The translations under genes and the position numbers were made by a program. From positions 1 to 64,000 of the forward strand of contig KZ538099.1 in NCBI GenBank assembly GCA_000934665.2: DNA of 64,000 nucleotides. The letters run 5' to 3'. Position 1 is the stretch's first letter. Every line of letters starts with the position of its first letter. Source of the stretch: Catajapyx aquilonaris. Taxonomy: Eukaryota. The notes under the pieces were generated by a model that worked only from the letters and a program-made list of their open reading frames with translations, was not told the DNA's origin and made no database searches. This document shows positions 10,754-27,600 of this stretch, one piece after another.

Positions 10754-13656
10754 ATGAGCACGATCTCCTCCGCCAAGACCATGTACGTGAACCAGGACGG
10801 GCCTGCGAACGCCCTGGCGCACAACAAGGACTACTCGCAGGTGGTCATCGCAGGAAGGAACGGTAAGTTGCTGGGGAGACACATCTTAGCCAGATCTCTT
10901 CTAATGTACAATATGTTGTAGTGTTCAAGGTGTTCTCGATAGAAGAGGATGGATTCGTGGAACGCTACAACCTACGTGTTGGGAAGAACCTCAACCTGAA
11001 CTTCTCCTGCAACGATGTGGTTTGGAGCACGCTTGAAGGTAATTGCCTGAGATTCCCTGGCGATGAGTATGTAGCAAACCGCAGTTCTTTTCAGAGCATC
11101 TCCTTGCCACTGCGGCCACTAACGGAGCCGTGGTGGTGTGGAACCTGAACCGTCCGTCTCGCACCAAGCAGGAGCATGTGTTCTTCGACCACAAGAGGAC
11201 CGTGAACAAAGTGAGCTTCCACACCACAGAGCCGCACTTGCTCATATCCGGATCGCAGGACGGAACAGTCAAGTGCTTCGACCTCCGCTCACGAGAGTCC
11301 AAGCTGACATTTCTCAGCAATTCAGAGAGTGTCCGGGACGTGCAAGTGAGCCCCCAGCAGCCTTACACATTTGCGTCCGTGTCCGAGAATGGAAGCGTGC
11401 AACTGTGGGACTTGCGCAGGGCAGACAAGGTTGAGCGGCAGTTCACGGCACACAGCGGACCTGTCTTTGCGTGCGACTGGCATCCAGACACTCCCTGGTG
11501 TCTGGCCACAGCCGGACGAGATAAAACTATCAAGGTCTGGGAGCTGTCTGGCAGACCTGTCCTGGACCACACTATTCCAACCATTGCCTCAGTCGGACGT
11601 ATTAGGTAACGATGCATTTTCCTTTTTGGGTTACTTGGTACTGTAGTGTACTTCGACTGGCCTTCAAGGCCTTAGGTCTTCTTCAGTTGTATTTCACGAA
11701 CTACTTCAGTCTGCTTCAGTCATATTTATATCCACAAACTTTGTCCGGACTTCACCTGGACTTTAGTCTCGGTGTATGTAGGAGTTCATAAGTGACTAAC
11801 CCCTCGAGATTTTTCCACCATATCATGCTCTGAACAACCTTTTCATTGACCAGGTGGCGACCTCAGCGTAAGTATCACATAGCCAGCTGTGCACTGGTGG
11901 TGGACTGCAGCGTGTGTATTTGGGATGTGCGGCGTCCGTTCATACCGTTTGCTGCTTTCGATGAGCATAAAGATGTGGCGACAGGCATAGCCTGGAGGGG
12001 AGATCCGCATGTGTTTTTGACTACGAGCAAGGACTGCACGTTGTATCAGCACTCCTTCAAGGATGCCATACGACCTGCAAGTAAGGCCAATCCGCAGGGG
12101 ATAGAGGTGAGTGGAAAAGGACATGTCTGTTTCGCCACTCGATCTGCCAGTGGGGCCGCAGGGAAGAGTCTGGGACTGTTCAGGAAGACGCCGAACCCAG
12201 GTGACCTCTTTTGTGGAGCAGCCAGCTCGGTGCAGGTTAGTTAACATGCAGTTTTGATTTCAGAATGGGTTACTGATGTGCGTGTTGCAGGTGTTTCGTC
12301 CAGAGCGGCCAGGACCATTATCGGAGCAGCTGGCCCTCTCGTGGGTCCCACAACTTGCCAGAGGTTATCTCCTGGGTGGACGCCCCTTTGCAGAGGTGTG
12401 TGAGCACAATGCGAGTGTTGCACGCTCAGCTCGTCGTGAGCAAGTGGCCTTCACCTGGCAAATGCTTCGGATCATGTACTCAGGCCGTTTGGAGGATATA
12501 CAGAGCAGTCCTGGCACCACTGTGGCTGTGACTGGCACTCAGGACATAGTGCAAGACGCGCTGGAAGCAACGTCGAGACACCAATCAGGGAGTGGGGACA
12601 AGGCAGACCAAGTGACCTCAGCACCATCAGACGGCACGACAACTGCGGCGCCAACAGCATCAGCAACAGCCGCAAGTGGAGGTGAAGACGAAACAGAGAC
12701 GGACGAACAGGACCATCAAGAGAGATCGTTGGCCACTATAGCGTCTGGGCTTGCCGAAGTTCAAGGCCAGCTTTTCTTTGGCGACACAGCTGCTGCCGAG
12801 GAGCTGCTTCAGGTATGGCTCATAGAATTTATGTGTGAATAGTTTCCTTCAATATTTGTATACAGGCAGGTGGAGGGTTTGACTACGAAGCGTTGGCCGC
12901 ACTGGAGGAACCGCCTGACTGGACTCTTCCAAGCGAGGCATTCCAGCCTCGCCATGAGATTATGGACAACTCTCCTCCTCCGGAGCAGTACCCCCACCGG
13001 TGCTCCTCTCCCCACCTGATGGAAGCAGCCGAACGTAGCAGGGCAGACACTGTGATGACCGTGGAGGACCAGACGGCGGCCCTCCTTTGTGTGACCACCG
13101 CCCTTCAGATGAGTCCCTGGGACCCCAGTCCAGTGGTGTGTGAGATGCTGCAGGACCATGCTGCCAGGGGAGATGTTCAGACGTCTGTGTCTGCCCTCCT
13201 GGTGCTCGGAGACAGACTAGGGAGCAAGGTGGACGAGGTTTCGCAGGAGCATTGGTTTCTCTCGTATGTGGACCTGCTCCACCATTTTCAGCTCTATGAT
13301 GTTGCTACTCAGGTACGAGCCAATATCCACAAAAGTTCCAGGTTTTTCTGATTGTTCCTTTCTTGCAGGTTATTCGCTTGTGTCCACTCCCATCGGTCCA
13401 CCAGCTGAATCAGCAGTCTACAACGGTCCACACTGGTTGCGGTCAGTGCGGCAAGTCATTGTCCAGGTGCATGTGGCGCTGCGATCACTGCAGGGCCTTG
13501 CCTGGCATGTGCAGCCTTTGCCACATCCCCGTCAGAGGTTTGTTCGCCTGGTGCCAAGGGTGCGGACACGGTGGACATCTGGCCCACATGCGGGACTGGT
13601 TCGGATCCAACAGGAGGTGTCCAACCGGATGTGGCCACATGTGCGACTACACGTGA
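10754..13656 (+). CDS. WDR24: GATOR2 complex WD-repeat protein WDR24 (7 exons: 10754-10862, 10922-11038, 11095-11605, 11854-12235, 12291-12812, 12866-13312, 13369-13656)
   Basis: [29 protein letters not shown]40 repeats ([25 protein letters not shown]), [16 protein letters not shown], and a C-terminal Zn/[16 protein letters not shown]...[13 protein letters not shown] introns keep the frame. Confidence 0.95.
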
Positions 13657-14078
13657 AGTGATTCTAGTGCGAGATGTGTTAAAATATGCCAATGATGCCA
13701 ATTTTTATAGGACGGTTATAAGGATATTATCCATTGTTGTTGAGATTTGAGGTTGCTTGTGCAGAACTCGTGGGAATTGATACGAGAATGCCGTAACTTA
13801 TTTCTGCCACATTTCATCGCCTAATTGGTGTTACGTTGTTATCTTGTGATTGTAATATTTTGATTGTTACTTGTTTATTTAGCAACTGATTGTTTTCTTA
13901 TACCTTGACAACCACATATTTATTCTTAATTCTTGTGATTAATATACTACTTATTGGTTGTAACATTGTAATTTCACTTTGGGGGCAATCTCACCATTTT
14001 CTTCCAGCATTCGACCCTGGAAGTCATAAAGTAAGTGCAGGTGTTGCGTTTCATACACACGTTTTGTCGAGTGGGTGA

Positions 14079-17034
<2,956 letters not shown>

Positions 17035-18154
17035 ATAACCTATATACGCCACCTAGACTAAAGCAATGTCTCATGTTGACGTTTCGTTTTGTACAAGGAA
17101 AGCCAATCGCTTTTTTAAAATTACTATAAGTACAGAAGCTACGGGTGTGTCCCCTTTTACGACACTCCATTTTATCCTGTGTCACATCAACCGTTTTAAA
17201 ATGACCAGAGAAAATTTTAACTCTGGAAAAAAAAATTAATTACTGTTGAGAAAACAAACCAATCAGCCTGAGTGTGTCGGATGATGATTTAAACTGATCC
17301 TCGGTATGAGGATGCAATCGTAGAGATGTGACACACTTGCATAAGACGTGCACATCAAATATCTGTAGGAACAACCTCACTTGAAATAATTGCGATATGG
17401 GCTGATTCCGAAATCCATCCTCTTTATTTGCAAGTGAAGTTCTCTGAAGACATTTCTGGTTTAAATAATTTATTACGGTCAGGTATAATAAGGGACATAA
17501 CAAAACAGTCTTGCGTTCTCTACCATTTGTGATGTACAAAATAATTGGGGGCAGTCTCGTTAAGGGGTCCAAAAGCAAATGAGGGGAAATCTCGTATTAT
17601 GCACAGGTATTCACAATGGATGATCCAAAGTGACAGTAGTCACTAATGAACTCAAGATACACAAGTAAAACTATGGACCAATGTATAGTGACACTAATAG
17701 GTACACGCTGTGTGTATGGGTCCATATTTAGTCCGGAAATTCATTACTAGTTATTTGTACAGTACTTTAAAAAATTGGTGTAGTAAGAAATTATGCTCCA
17801 TTCGGGTTATCTGCTGTGAGTTCGCACAGCTGAAAATGCATTTTACTTTCCCTGTGTAGGTAGGGTTCTTGCCATGACCTAAGGAAAATTATTTACAACC
17901 TGAACATGCTACGTACGTTGGGCAGAACACTACAGCACACATCTGTACGGGGAGTGCGCCAATTATTATTTCGTCCTCCCAGTCTTTATTTACTTACTTT
18001 TTCCAAGAATGCAGCGTGATGTTCCTTTCGTTCTGTCTGCACTACTGTAAAATAGTTCTCATGTCCTTTCATATGTTTAAAAATTACTGATGATGAGCGA
18101 GTCGTGTAGTAGCAAAAATTGGTGTTACATAGCGGCAACCTACAAAGCATGTGC

Positions 18155-20656
18155 CTAGACCCCCTGATCCTCCTCTGTGTTGATGATAACCACGACAGTA
18201 TCGGAAAGGTCTTCCATGATTCCGGCCGACATTTGGTCCAGGGACTCCTCCGACTGGAGGTAGTCCAGCTTGTCTGACGTGGGTACAGCATCCGTCCGCA
18301 GTACTGGGACAGTCTCGCCTGAGGGCAAGTGGAGGACGTCTCCCAGAAGGAAAGCACTCACTTCCTGAACCTCCCCTTCCGCAGTTTGGATGTGGACCAG
18401 CTGATGGACTGGCTGCGGGGAAGCGGAGGGAGAAGGCTGCACTTCCAGGGTCAAGGGCACATCCTGCACAACCAAAGAGTCTGTTTGCTGCGGGAGGTCG
18501 ACTGACTGCACATGCACAATGGTGGTGTTCGTTCCAGGTTCGTCTGGGTGTCCGATCATTTCAGGTGCCACGACATTGGTGCCTTGGAGGCATGTAATGG
18601 CACTTGGCTTCAGGAGTATTGAACTGCAGTGTGTGATGGTGCTGCTTGTTTTTGTCACGGCAGGATGACTGAGTTGTGCAATGTTCTGCTCCGCTTGTGT
18701 GCCAGTCCTTTGTAGAACAGAGCGGCTTGGCTGTGCAATTGAGTTATTGGTTTGCACAGTGATTGGTTGCAATATGGAAGTTGTTGGGAGTGGAGCAGAC
18801 TCCCCTGCTTGCACAACAGAACTACTCGGCTGCACTTCTGAAGTCCCTTGGGTGTTCTGACTTCCCGTATCGGCAGGTGCATCTCCAACGATATGGTAGC
18901 AGTGTTCGCTCCCTTTGTTGCGGCTCAGTCTCCGCACCTTGGCGGCGGCAGCTTCCTCCTGTGCTTTTCTCTTCTTCTCCCTTTCGTGTTCCTCCAGCTC
19001 CGCCAGCGTCACCTCCTTCCCCAGCTTCTTTGATAACTGTCGCAGGTAGTCCCCCGTTGCCTGCCTACCCTTCTCCAGCCACAGTGGATCTATTTCTTGC
19101 CCTTGATCTGATGATTTGCGAACAAAGGCACGGTATGAAAAGTCCCACTTGTCATGCACAGTCCGTATGTGCTTGGTGACGTTCCCTTGCGTGTTGCATG
19201 CGTACGGACAAAATGGGCATGAGTACGGGCGTGCGTCTGTGTGCACCAAGGCGTGTCGCTCCAGGTGGTGCTTAGTCTGAAATGCTTTATTACACTCAGG
19301 GCATGGGAAGCCCCGTGGTTGATGCACACTCCGCTGATGGACATTAAGGCGTGAACGGGTGGCGAAGTTGGCTTCACACTCATCGCATTGGAAAGGCCTC
19401 TCTCCGGTATGTCGGCGCATGTGGTCCAAGAAGGCCTGACGATGCTTGAGTCGTGCCTGGCACACTGGACACACATGATTGTTGTACTCTCCTTTATGCC
19501 TGATTCGCACGTGGATATTGAGATTGCTTGAGCGGTACGTCACAAAGTTGCATTGCTCACAGGAGAACTTCTTGGTGCGCTCATGCACAGATTTCACATG
19601 CTCGCGCAGGGTAGAGTCCTTAGCGAACGCCTTTCCGCAGTGTTGGCAGACATGGTTGCGCTCACCCGTGTGAATGCTGCTGTGTCGGTAGAGATCAATC
19701 TTGGTGAAGGAACGATACGAGCAGAACTCGCATGCAAAGTCTCGCTGGCCACGATGCCTCTTTAGGTGAACAGCTTTAAACCAAATTTATCGTATCACTG
19801 AAATGTGTAATGCAATTCCAATGAAATGAAATGGTAACATACTGAGGCCGGATGATTGGTTGAATTTCTTCCCGCACTCGGGGCATTCGTAGGGTGTCTC
19901 TCCAGTGTGCCGCCTCTCATGGATCACCACCTGTGCCTTGTGGGTGCAACGATAGTTGCAATACTGCAAAGGAAAACACGTTGTGACAGGAACACGTATT
20001 GATACGTGAACAACTGAATACCTGACACGTGAGCTCCTTATCCGTGTACTGTTTACGGGGGCGTGATTTCGCTTTGGGCTTTTTAACCCCCCGCGATTCT
20101 TTAGCTCCAGGATTGTCCTTGATGTTGTCACCCGCATCCGAGGCTGCCGTGTACTTGATCCGCTTAGCCCTTCGACCCCTCCTGGTCACAATCTCCTCCA
20201 CGGACACCACCGCTTCTCCCTCGTTGCCTTCCTCAGCCTCCACTTTAACCCTTGGCCTCTGCTGCCTCCGTTTGACAGGCGATACTGCAAGCGGGTCGCT
20301 GGTTGGCTGTGGCGGCTCCCTCGGATGCAGCCTGGACTCGATCTTCTTCACCGCCGCATCCTTCAGCTTGGCTGGAAGCGCATTCAACTTCTTGAACAGC
20401 ACATCAACCTGCAATGAAATTTATCATTTTTATTTATTTTAAAGTGTTGTTGTTGTATTATAAGTTATAGCAATGCCAGTATTAGCTGCATTATTTAATG
20501 TTGTTGTTCAGTTTGGTTCGTGGCTAATCCAAGTTGTTCGAATTTCCTTCGCCTCTAATCGGATTGTCACAATCCTGGTGTGTTCTTCATTGTGTGAAAG
20601 ATGAGTACCTGTCTCATGACGTCGTACTTGTCCTCGTCTTCCTCTGCTTCGGCCAT
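18155..20656 (-). CDS. C2H2 zinc-finger protein with 9 fingers (exons 20609-20656, 20022-20408, 19843-19963, 18155-19773)
   Basis: Nine CxxC-x12-Hxxx(x)H fingers with TGE-type linkers, a basic N-terminal region and a low-complexity Q/S/T/V-rich C-terminus. Consistent splice phases. Confidence 0.88.
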
Positions 20657-21120
20657 CCCGCCTCGAAGCTCGAACCCGGCGATAAAACTATGGGAGATTT
20701 TCAGACCAAACCCTACAGATGGGGGAGAGAAGGACAAACTATGGACGAGCTTCGCCACCAAAACTACGGCCGACTCTCTCGCTGCCTGCGACTACCTGTG
20801 CAAGTCACCCTCTCCGACCTGCACCTCCAGTCCAGTGGTTCCGATCAAAATGTAAGAAACATTTCGACATTTAATTTATGTATTTAAAAAAAACGCATTG
20901 CTATAATTCCACCAGGTATTTAATCCTCCGCGGTGAACAGGTAGTGGGTGGACATTCAGCTATTTATTTCATAACCTGTTACGCAAGTAGCGGTTGTGTG
21001 CTAACCAAAAGAGCTGCTGTGCTTGATTTCGGCTCTCCAAGTGTACCCGGTGTCCTCCTCACACCTCACTCGACCACACGTCGTCCGTCGAGAGACACGA
21101 CTTTCGGAGGGGAGGAGAAG
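20657..21120. promoter_or_regulatory. Probable bidirectional promoter between the zinc-finger gene and COASY
   Basis: The two start codons are divergent and only ~465 bp apart. Confidence 0.6.
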
Positions 21121-23944
21121 ATGGCACAGACTGGTCTCCTGGTGATAACGAGCCCTCTGGGGAAGGGCCTCCAGTCCCAGATGGGCCGGATCCTCCAGGC
21201 GGCCAGGGAGCACGTCAGGAAGACCCTCTACGTCCAGCTGTTGCCTGGAATAAGGAGCGGCAACCTCGTGGCCTCCTCCTCAACCCTCGAGACTCTGCCA
21301 CCTGCCCCTGCACCTGCACAACCAGGGGCCAGGATGGCACAGTACAGCATCGCCGTCTCTGGCCTATACTCCAAGGCATCCGTCATCTGCAGGTCTGCAC
21401 CATTTTTACAACAACCATAACAGCATAATTACGTAACTACTATAATAAATAATGTAGCTAATATAATAACCAACGCCTAATAAATGTTACAGCTAATAAA
21501 CATTATAGCTAACATCATAGCTAATAAAATAAGTGCAAATAAAAACTAATAGAAATTAATAGCTAATAAAATTAACAAGAGCTATTAATTTCATTAGCTA
21601 TTAATTTAGCTAATAAAATTATAGCTAGTAAAATTATAGCTAATAAAATTATAGCTAATAAAATTAAAATTATAGCTAATAAAATTATAGCTAATAAAAT
21701 TATAGCTAATAAAATTATAGCTAATAAAATTATAGCTAATAAAATTATAGCTAATAAAATTATAGCTAATAAAATTATAGCTAATAAAATTATAGCTAAT
21801 AAAATTATAGCTAATAAAATTATAGCTANNNNNNNNNNNNNNNNNNNNNNNNNNNNNNNNNNNNNNNNNNNNNNNNNNNNNNNNNNNNNNTAAAATTATA
21901 GCTAGTAAAATTATAGCTAGTAAAATTATAGCTAGTAAAATTATAGCTAGTAAAATTATAGCTAGTAAAATTATAGCTAGTAAAATTATAGCTAGTAAAA
22001 TTATAGCTAGTAAAATTATAGCTAGTAAAATTATAGCTAGTAAAATTATAGCTAATACTGCATAATGTAACTAATATAATAAATATGAAATGAGCAATAG
22101 TAATAATAGGACTCTACTTGAATAGGCATCTGGATGTGCGGGTGCTGCTTGGTCACGGGAAGAGGCCAGAGGCGGTTGGAAGGGGGCCTGCAACCAAGCA
22201 CTCCATTGATGTGGTGATATTCGATAGGGTGTTGAAGAGCAGGGAGATGCAGGAGTTCGTGGAGAGCAAGATTGTGAGCCACTCGGAGCACTGCAAGGTA
22301 CTCACGCTCGACTTTGATCCGATGGCAAAGCCTAGTAAAGACGAAGGAGAGGATGTGTCGGAAGGAAGTAGGGAGAGAGTGGCGGACAAAATGTACAGAT
22401 ACACTGCTCTCGGGGGCACGTTTGATCGATTACATAATGGGCATAAGATTCTGCTGAGCGAGGGGGTGTTAAGGACATCAGAGGAAATGCTAGTTGGAGT
22501 CACGGATGGACCCATGCTGATGGGTATGCTCACTTGATCAGTTGCCAATATTGTTATCCACTGATATTAATTTTCATTGCAGGGAAAAAAGTACACGAAC
22601 TGATAGAACCATGCTTGGTTCGCATGCAGCACGTCAGAGACTTCCTGGAAGACATTGACCCAACCTTAGAGTACAGAATTGTCCCTCTTCTTGACACATA
22701 TGGACCTACTAAAGACGATCCTAAATATGAGGTGTGTATCTTCATACAACTGTGATGCGACACGAAGATGTGACATGCTACATTTGCAGATGATGGTTGT
22801 AAGCGAGGAGACTCACCGGGGTGGACTTAAATGCAACGAAGTTAGAAATGCAGGTGGTCTTCCTCCACTCGAATTTCATCAGATCCCGCTGCTGGAAGAC
22901 AAATTTCGTACCAGTGTTCAAGAAGAGGAAAAGCTCAGTTCCAGCTCTCTTCGCATGCGATTGCTAGGCACACGTTGGCAGGAGCCGGAGGTAAAGGCAC
23001 GTCAGTCACCGTAGTATCCACAACAATTGATGTGTGATTGTGATAACATGACCTTAGCGTTGTGTATTGTCTAATACACCTGTCACATTTCAGAGCACGC
23101 CGCACCTCCCCAACATTCCTTACGTCATTGGACTAACAGGTGGAATTTGCAGTGGGAAATCACTGATTGCCAAAAAGCTGGAGACTTTAGGAGCTGCGTG
23201 TATTAATTGCGATCAGTTGGGTCACCTGGCATACCTGAAGGACACAGAGTGCTTTAATAAAATTGTGGGCGAATTTGGAGAGGACGTGAAGGATGCTCAA
23301 GGAGAGGTGGATCGAAAACGTCTTGGAAGCAAAGTCTTTGGCAACAAGGTGAGTCAATTTGATGGATTCTATTATTTACAGATGACCTGTGAGGAGAGAA
23401 CCTGAGGCTAGAGCATGCAGCACTAAGTCTTAAATTGTTGTCCCATGAAGGAGAGGATGGCTGCACTGAACCGGATTGTGTGGCCAGAAATTGCAGCCCA
23501 AGTGCAGGCGGAAGTTGTGAAGGCCAGGGAGGAGAAGAAGCTAGTAGTCATCGTGGAAGCAGCCGTCTTGCTGGAGGCTGGCTGGGACAAACTTTGCCAT
23601 GAAGTGTGGACGTCCTTTATTCCGAAGAAAGAGGTATATATGGAGTTAAATGCCGTACCGTGTGTGGATGAACTTCACCCTTTCACCTAGCTTTATATTG
23701 CATCAGTTACTCCATCGCAATGATTTGTTCTCTGCAGGCCATACGCAGACTGCAGGAACGAAATGCCCTGAGTGAAAAGGAAGCAGAGAGCCGCATCAGC
23801 TCTCAGATGAGCAACGAGGAGAGAATAAGTAGATCCAACATTGTGTTCTCCACATTTTGGGCACCCGAGTTCACACACCAGCAAGTGGAAAGGGCGTGGG
23901 AAGTTCTGAAAGGCGTGTTGGCCAGATTCAACTGCAGCCTGTGA
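21121..23944 (+). CDS. COASY: Bifunctional coenzyme A synthase, PPAT + dephospho-CoA kinase (exons 21121-21392, 22126-22523, 22583-22731, 22790-22990, 23094-23348, 23451-23633, 23738-23944)
   Basis: LGGTFDRLHNGHKILL (HxGH cytidylyltransferase motif), VVSEET..GG..N..R, KLSSS, P-loop YVIGLTGGICSGKS, and EAAVLLEAGW. Confidence 0.95.
21600..22055. repeat. 15 bp minisatellite TAAAATTATAGCTA(A/G) in COASY intron 1, spanning an assembly gap
   Basis: Tandem copies on both sides of the N-run at 21829-21890. The A variant lies mainly left of the gap and the G variant right of it. Confidence 0.95.
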
Positions 23945-24685
23945 GTTGTTTAATCACGTGGGAGCCAAGCGGGATTTTAGCTTTTATATGGGTTTTATCA
24001 AAAATGTATTTTATTATAAAATGATTTTATTAATTCTAACATACCTGAAGTACAGTATATAACATTATACTGCACCATTTAATAAAGCACTTTTCTTAAA
24101 TTGTATCAAATGATCTGTATATTTTTGTAAAATGTTTTTTCTGTTCACATGCAACTCATTAAAAAAGGTGTATGGATTTCTATGGCAGTTGACTTAATAA
24201 CATCACCATATTGACAGCAATACAGCTTTTGCTGGCAACTGGTAATAATAATCTGTTGCGGTCTTTTTCATGCAAGTCCAGCTGGTCAGTTTGTTTCGAG
24301 GAGTTGTGTACAGCGGCGGCGCATGGTCAGTTGCAACCATGCGCCGCCGCTGGTCTGCTGACCCTGCAGTGCACTGAAATGTCGTCTTTCCGATGCAACA
24401 CAATTGCACTGATTAAATTGCGACAGAGTGCACCACCCTGTGCACAGCACAAGTTACAAGTCAATATATCACAGATAACTGTCAACACACCCCGATGACT
24501 GGTACTCCACTTTGGCACCTTGCAAACTCGAATGCTTGAAGGCACTAAACTAGGACGTTGGGCGTAAGTGCCTGAGTCAAAGTCACTGGGTATTTCGTAG
24601 CTGCCTATGAGTAGCAACGTTGCTCTCACTCTTGCGCATCCAGTTGCACCTTTTCTGACCAAGATGTCCGAGGCGTTAGCGTCTG

Positions 24686-27600
24686 TTAGGAATTGTAGTC
24701 CCCGTTCCCTCTGTGCTTTTCCAAGTTTCCCGTTAGCGTTGGGTCGGGGCGTTTTCTCTTGAAGAAGCCAAACTTGTACAGGATGGCTATGAGGAGGACT
24801 AGTAACAGGATGCCAGCTACGGCAGAAACAATGATGATCCAGATGGGCACCGGCTCCGGTTCCCTCTGATCCAGCAGTGGATACGCATACGTTGCCTCCT
24901 GCGAGAAGTTGATATTTCGAGTCACACACAAGTTGTTAAAAATTTGCATGTTAGATCCTACGATACTTTTTTTTGTTGGTCTGTGTACTGTACTAAATAC
25001 GCATTTTAATTGGCCTTACCATATGGTAGTCATTGGTTGTATTTTGTCGGATCTCCAATTCAGCAGGGATCTCGATGTGAGCCTTGGACTGTATACTGAC
25101 CCAGTCCACTTTCGGGTAGTCCTCCACAAGAGTAGCATCCCAAAGCCTCGAGTGCATCCTAATAATGGCCTCCTGCCTCGGCAACAAGTTTCTAATAATG
25201 CACTGAACATGTATGCATTTTGCGGTTCCTCTCTCGCAACTCTGTAAGTCGGTAAAATTATTATTCATTGCCGACTAAAGAAAACCGTGTTTCACTTACC
25301 ATGATAACAGCTCGCTTCTTTTTTCCGTCTTGGTCAACTACAGCTTCTGCTAAGATGACATATTCCGCATCTCGTTTGTACCTCGCATGGATTTCTTCCA
25401 TTTCAAGACTTGCACTCTCAGTGCTGCTTTCTCTTGCTTGCAATTGTGCAGGCGGCTCGAGAGGTGGTTCTGCAAGTCCTGGCCGTGCTGTCAGGTTCAG
25501 AGGATTTGGCATTGCCGCTGGGTCGTGGATGTAACACTCGCCATCACCTGTGGAAATATTTTATATGAGCACCGACGTACATTTTCTTAACAGACAACTC
25601 ATACCATCTACGACTGGCATGTGAGTTAGGTACAGCAGCCATTTCCCTTGTTTTCTCTTGTTTTCCACTTGGAAAGGCCAATAAATGAACACGTTGACTA
25701 TGCTGGCTTTCCAAGGTCCGTGGTTGTAAACCACGTAGTTGTGCTGTATCCGAGGCCCTATTTCATCCAGATATTCCATGGCAGATTCTCCCTTGACCGC
25801 CTGACCATATCGCACTTGCGGTGGGTAGTGTTTCCTGAAAATCAGTATCGTCCCTAATGTATTCCACAATGTGCAAAAATTTCAATTTCCATACCCTTCG
25901 AGGGCCACTTCTGCACGCTTGATAACAAGTGCTTCCAAGACTAAATCATCCTGCTTGTGTATTTCCTCAGATGTTGAATTAGCCAAAATCACAAATTCTA
26001 TTTTTGATTCGATATCTTCCAGGCCGTCTGTGAGAAATTTGACTTCCAGGAATCCCTCTCCATATCTGAAGGGATTTCCAAGACTGAATACAATGTAGTT
26101 GGTGTTGTTGCAGGATGTGCATGAAAATGTCGTACCCTGAAAGGAATCCCACAGACGTTAAGGTTGTTGGCTGCATATTTACGTAACCGTCCAACTCACC
26201 TGGCTGCTGTAAGTATTGTATGTAACAGTAGGTGGATAAAAGATGTAGAGGTTCGCTTCATATGCAGGCTCACCATCATTTCTCACAGTAATGTCAAGTT
26301 TCACTTCCTTGTGGGTTCCAAGTATTACTATGTACTGGCCGTTTTCTGGGTGGGCATGATTGTTAATATTAATATGATAGCGCAAAATATAAAAAGATTT
26401 CAAGCACATACCTTTAGTCAGATTCCACCTGGCGTAAACATTCAGGTCACTTTCACAAATATCATTCTCAGCGCAGTCTTTTTCAAATGTGGCTTCAAAT
26501 ACTTTGGAGGCTTCTTGCTGATCGAGTATTGGAAAGTCGTCTATGTTGGGGAGGCGCTGTCCTGGAGTAGGTAGTATTGGTTCACGCTGCAGTAACCTAT
26601 ACGTCAATTTAAATTTGATTGGCGACTGGATGTCTTCAGTGACGTTCTGGAAATATCAAACAGTTTAGCCTATAGTTTAAACAACATGTCGAGTGAAGCT
26701 ATTTACCTTCAGGTACACAATTTCAGACATGCAAGCACCAGATTCTCTTCTCTTCAGCTCAATTCTCTCGTTAACGATGTGATTCTTTCCCGGTATGCCA
26801 TTGGCAAAGTACACACGTGAAAATTTCTTCCCAGTGAAAGTCTCAGCTTCAATTTGGTATTCCAGCTTCACTGCGGCTCCATGTCTTGGCTTGTCCTTGA
26901 TGTCAAAGCAGGCTTCAAACCCGAAGCTGAAATATAGGGAGTGTTAAATTTCATTGCAAACAAAATGCAGGCGCAGACATTGACATGTTTTCCTCACCAT
27001 ACTTCTGTAGATGACGCATTCATTTTACACTCTTTACTCGTCGCATTTATATTGGTCAGATTTTCTGCGGGTCCGACTGTTGTAGTTATATTAATGATAG
27101 GCCTGGATCTGATTAGCATCACTTGGTCTGTGTCGTAAGCACCCACTAATAGGTCGGGGTATGAGTTTTCATCCAAATCCAAACCACCGTTGAGGGAATA
27201 TCCAAATGTCACTGGAATCTGCCCTGGAATTTGCTCTGCTCTCAACACCTGCGATGGTTCTGTAATCAGGCCATCCTTGGAACCAAGATATATGAACACT
27301 GCTCCATTGCCGTCATACGGAGCTCCAATGGCTATGTCGTTGTAACCATCTTTGTTCAGGTCTCCCAAGTTACCAATGGCAAATCCAAACCTAGACTCCG
27401 GCTTTCCAGTCAGTCTGACGTAGGGACTGCTTGCATTCAGGCCTTGAGGTGGACTGTAGTAAATGTACACTGCACCACCTTCATTGTCGCTGTAGTAGAA
27501 TGGGGCTCCCACCAGCAAGTCAGGTATGCTGATAAATAGAAATTTTGTCACTAGTCATACATCACCCAGTACAGTGCAGGCAACTTACTCATCACTGTTG

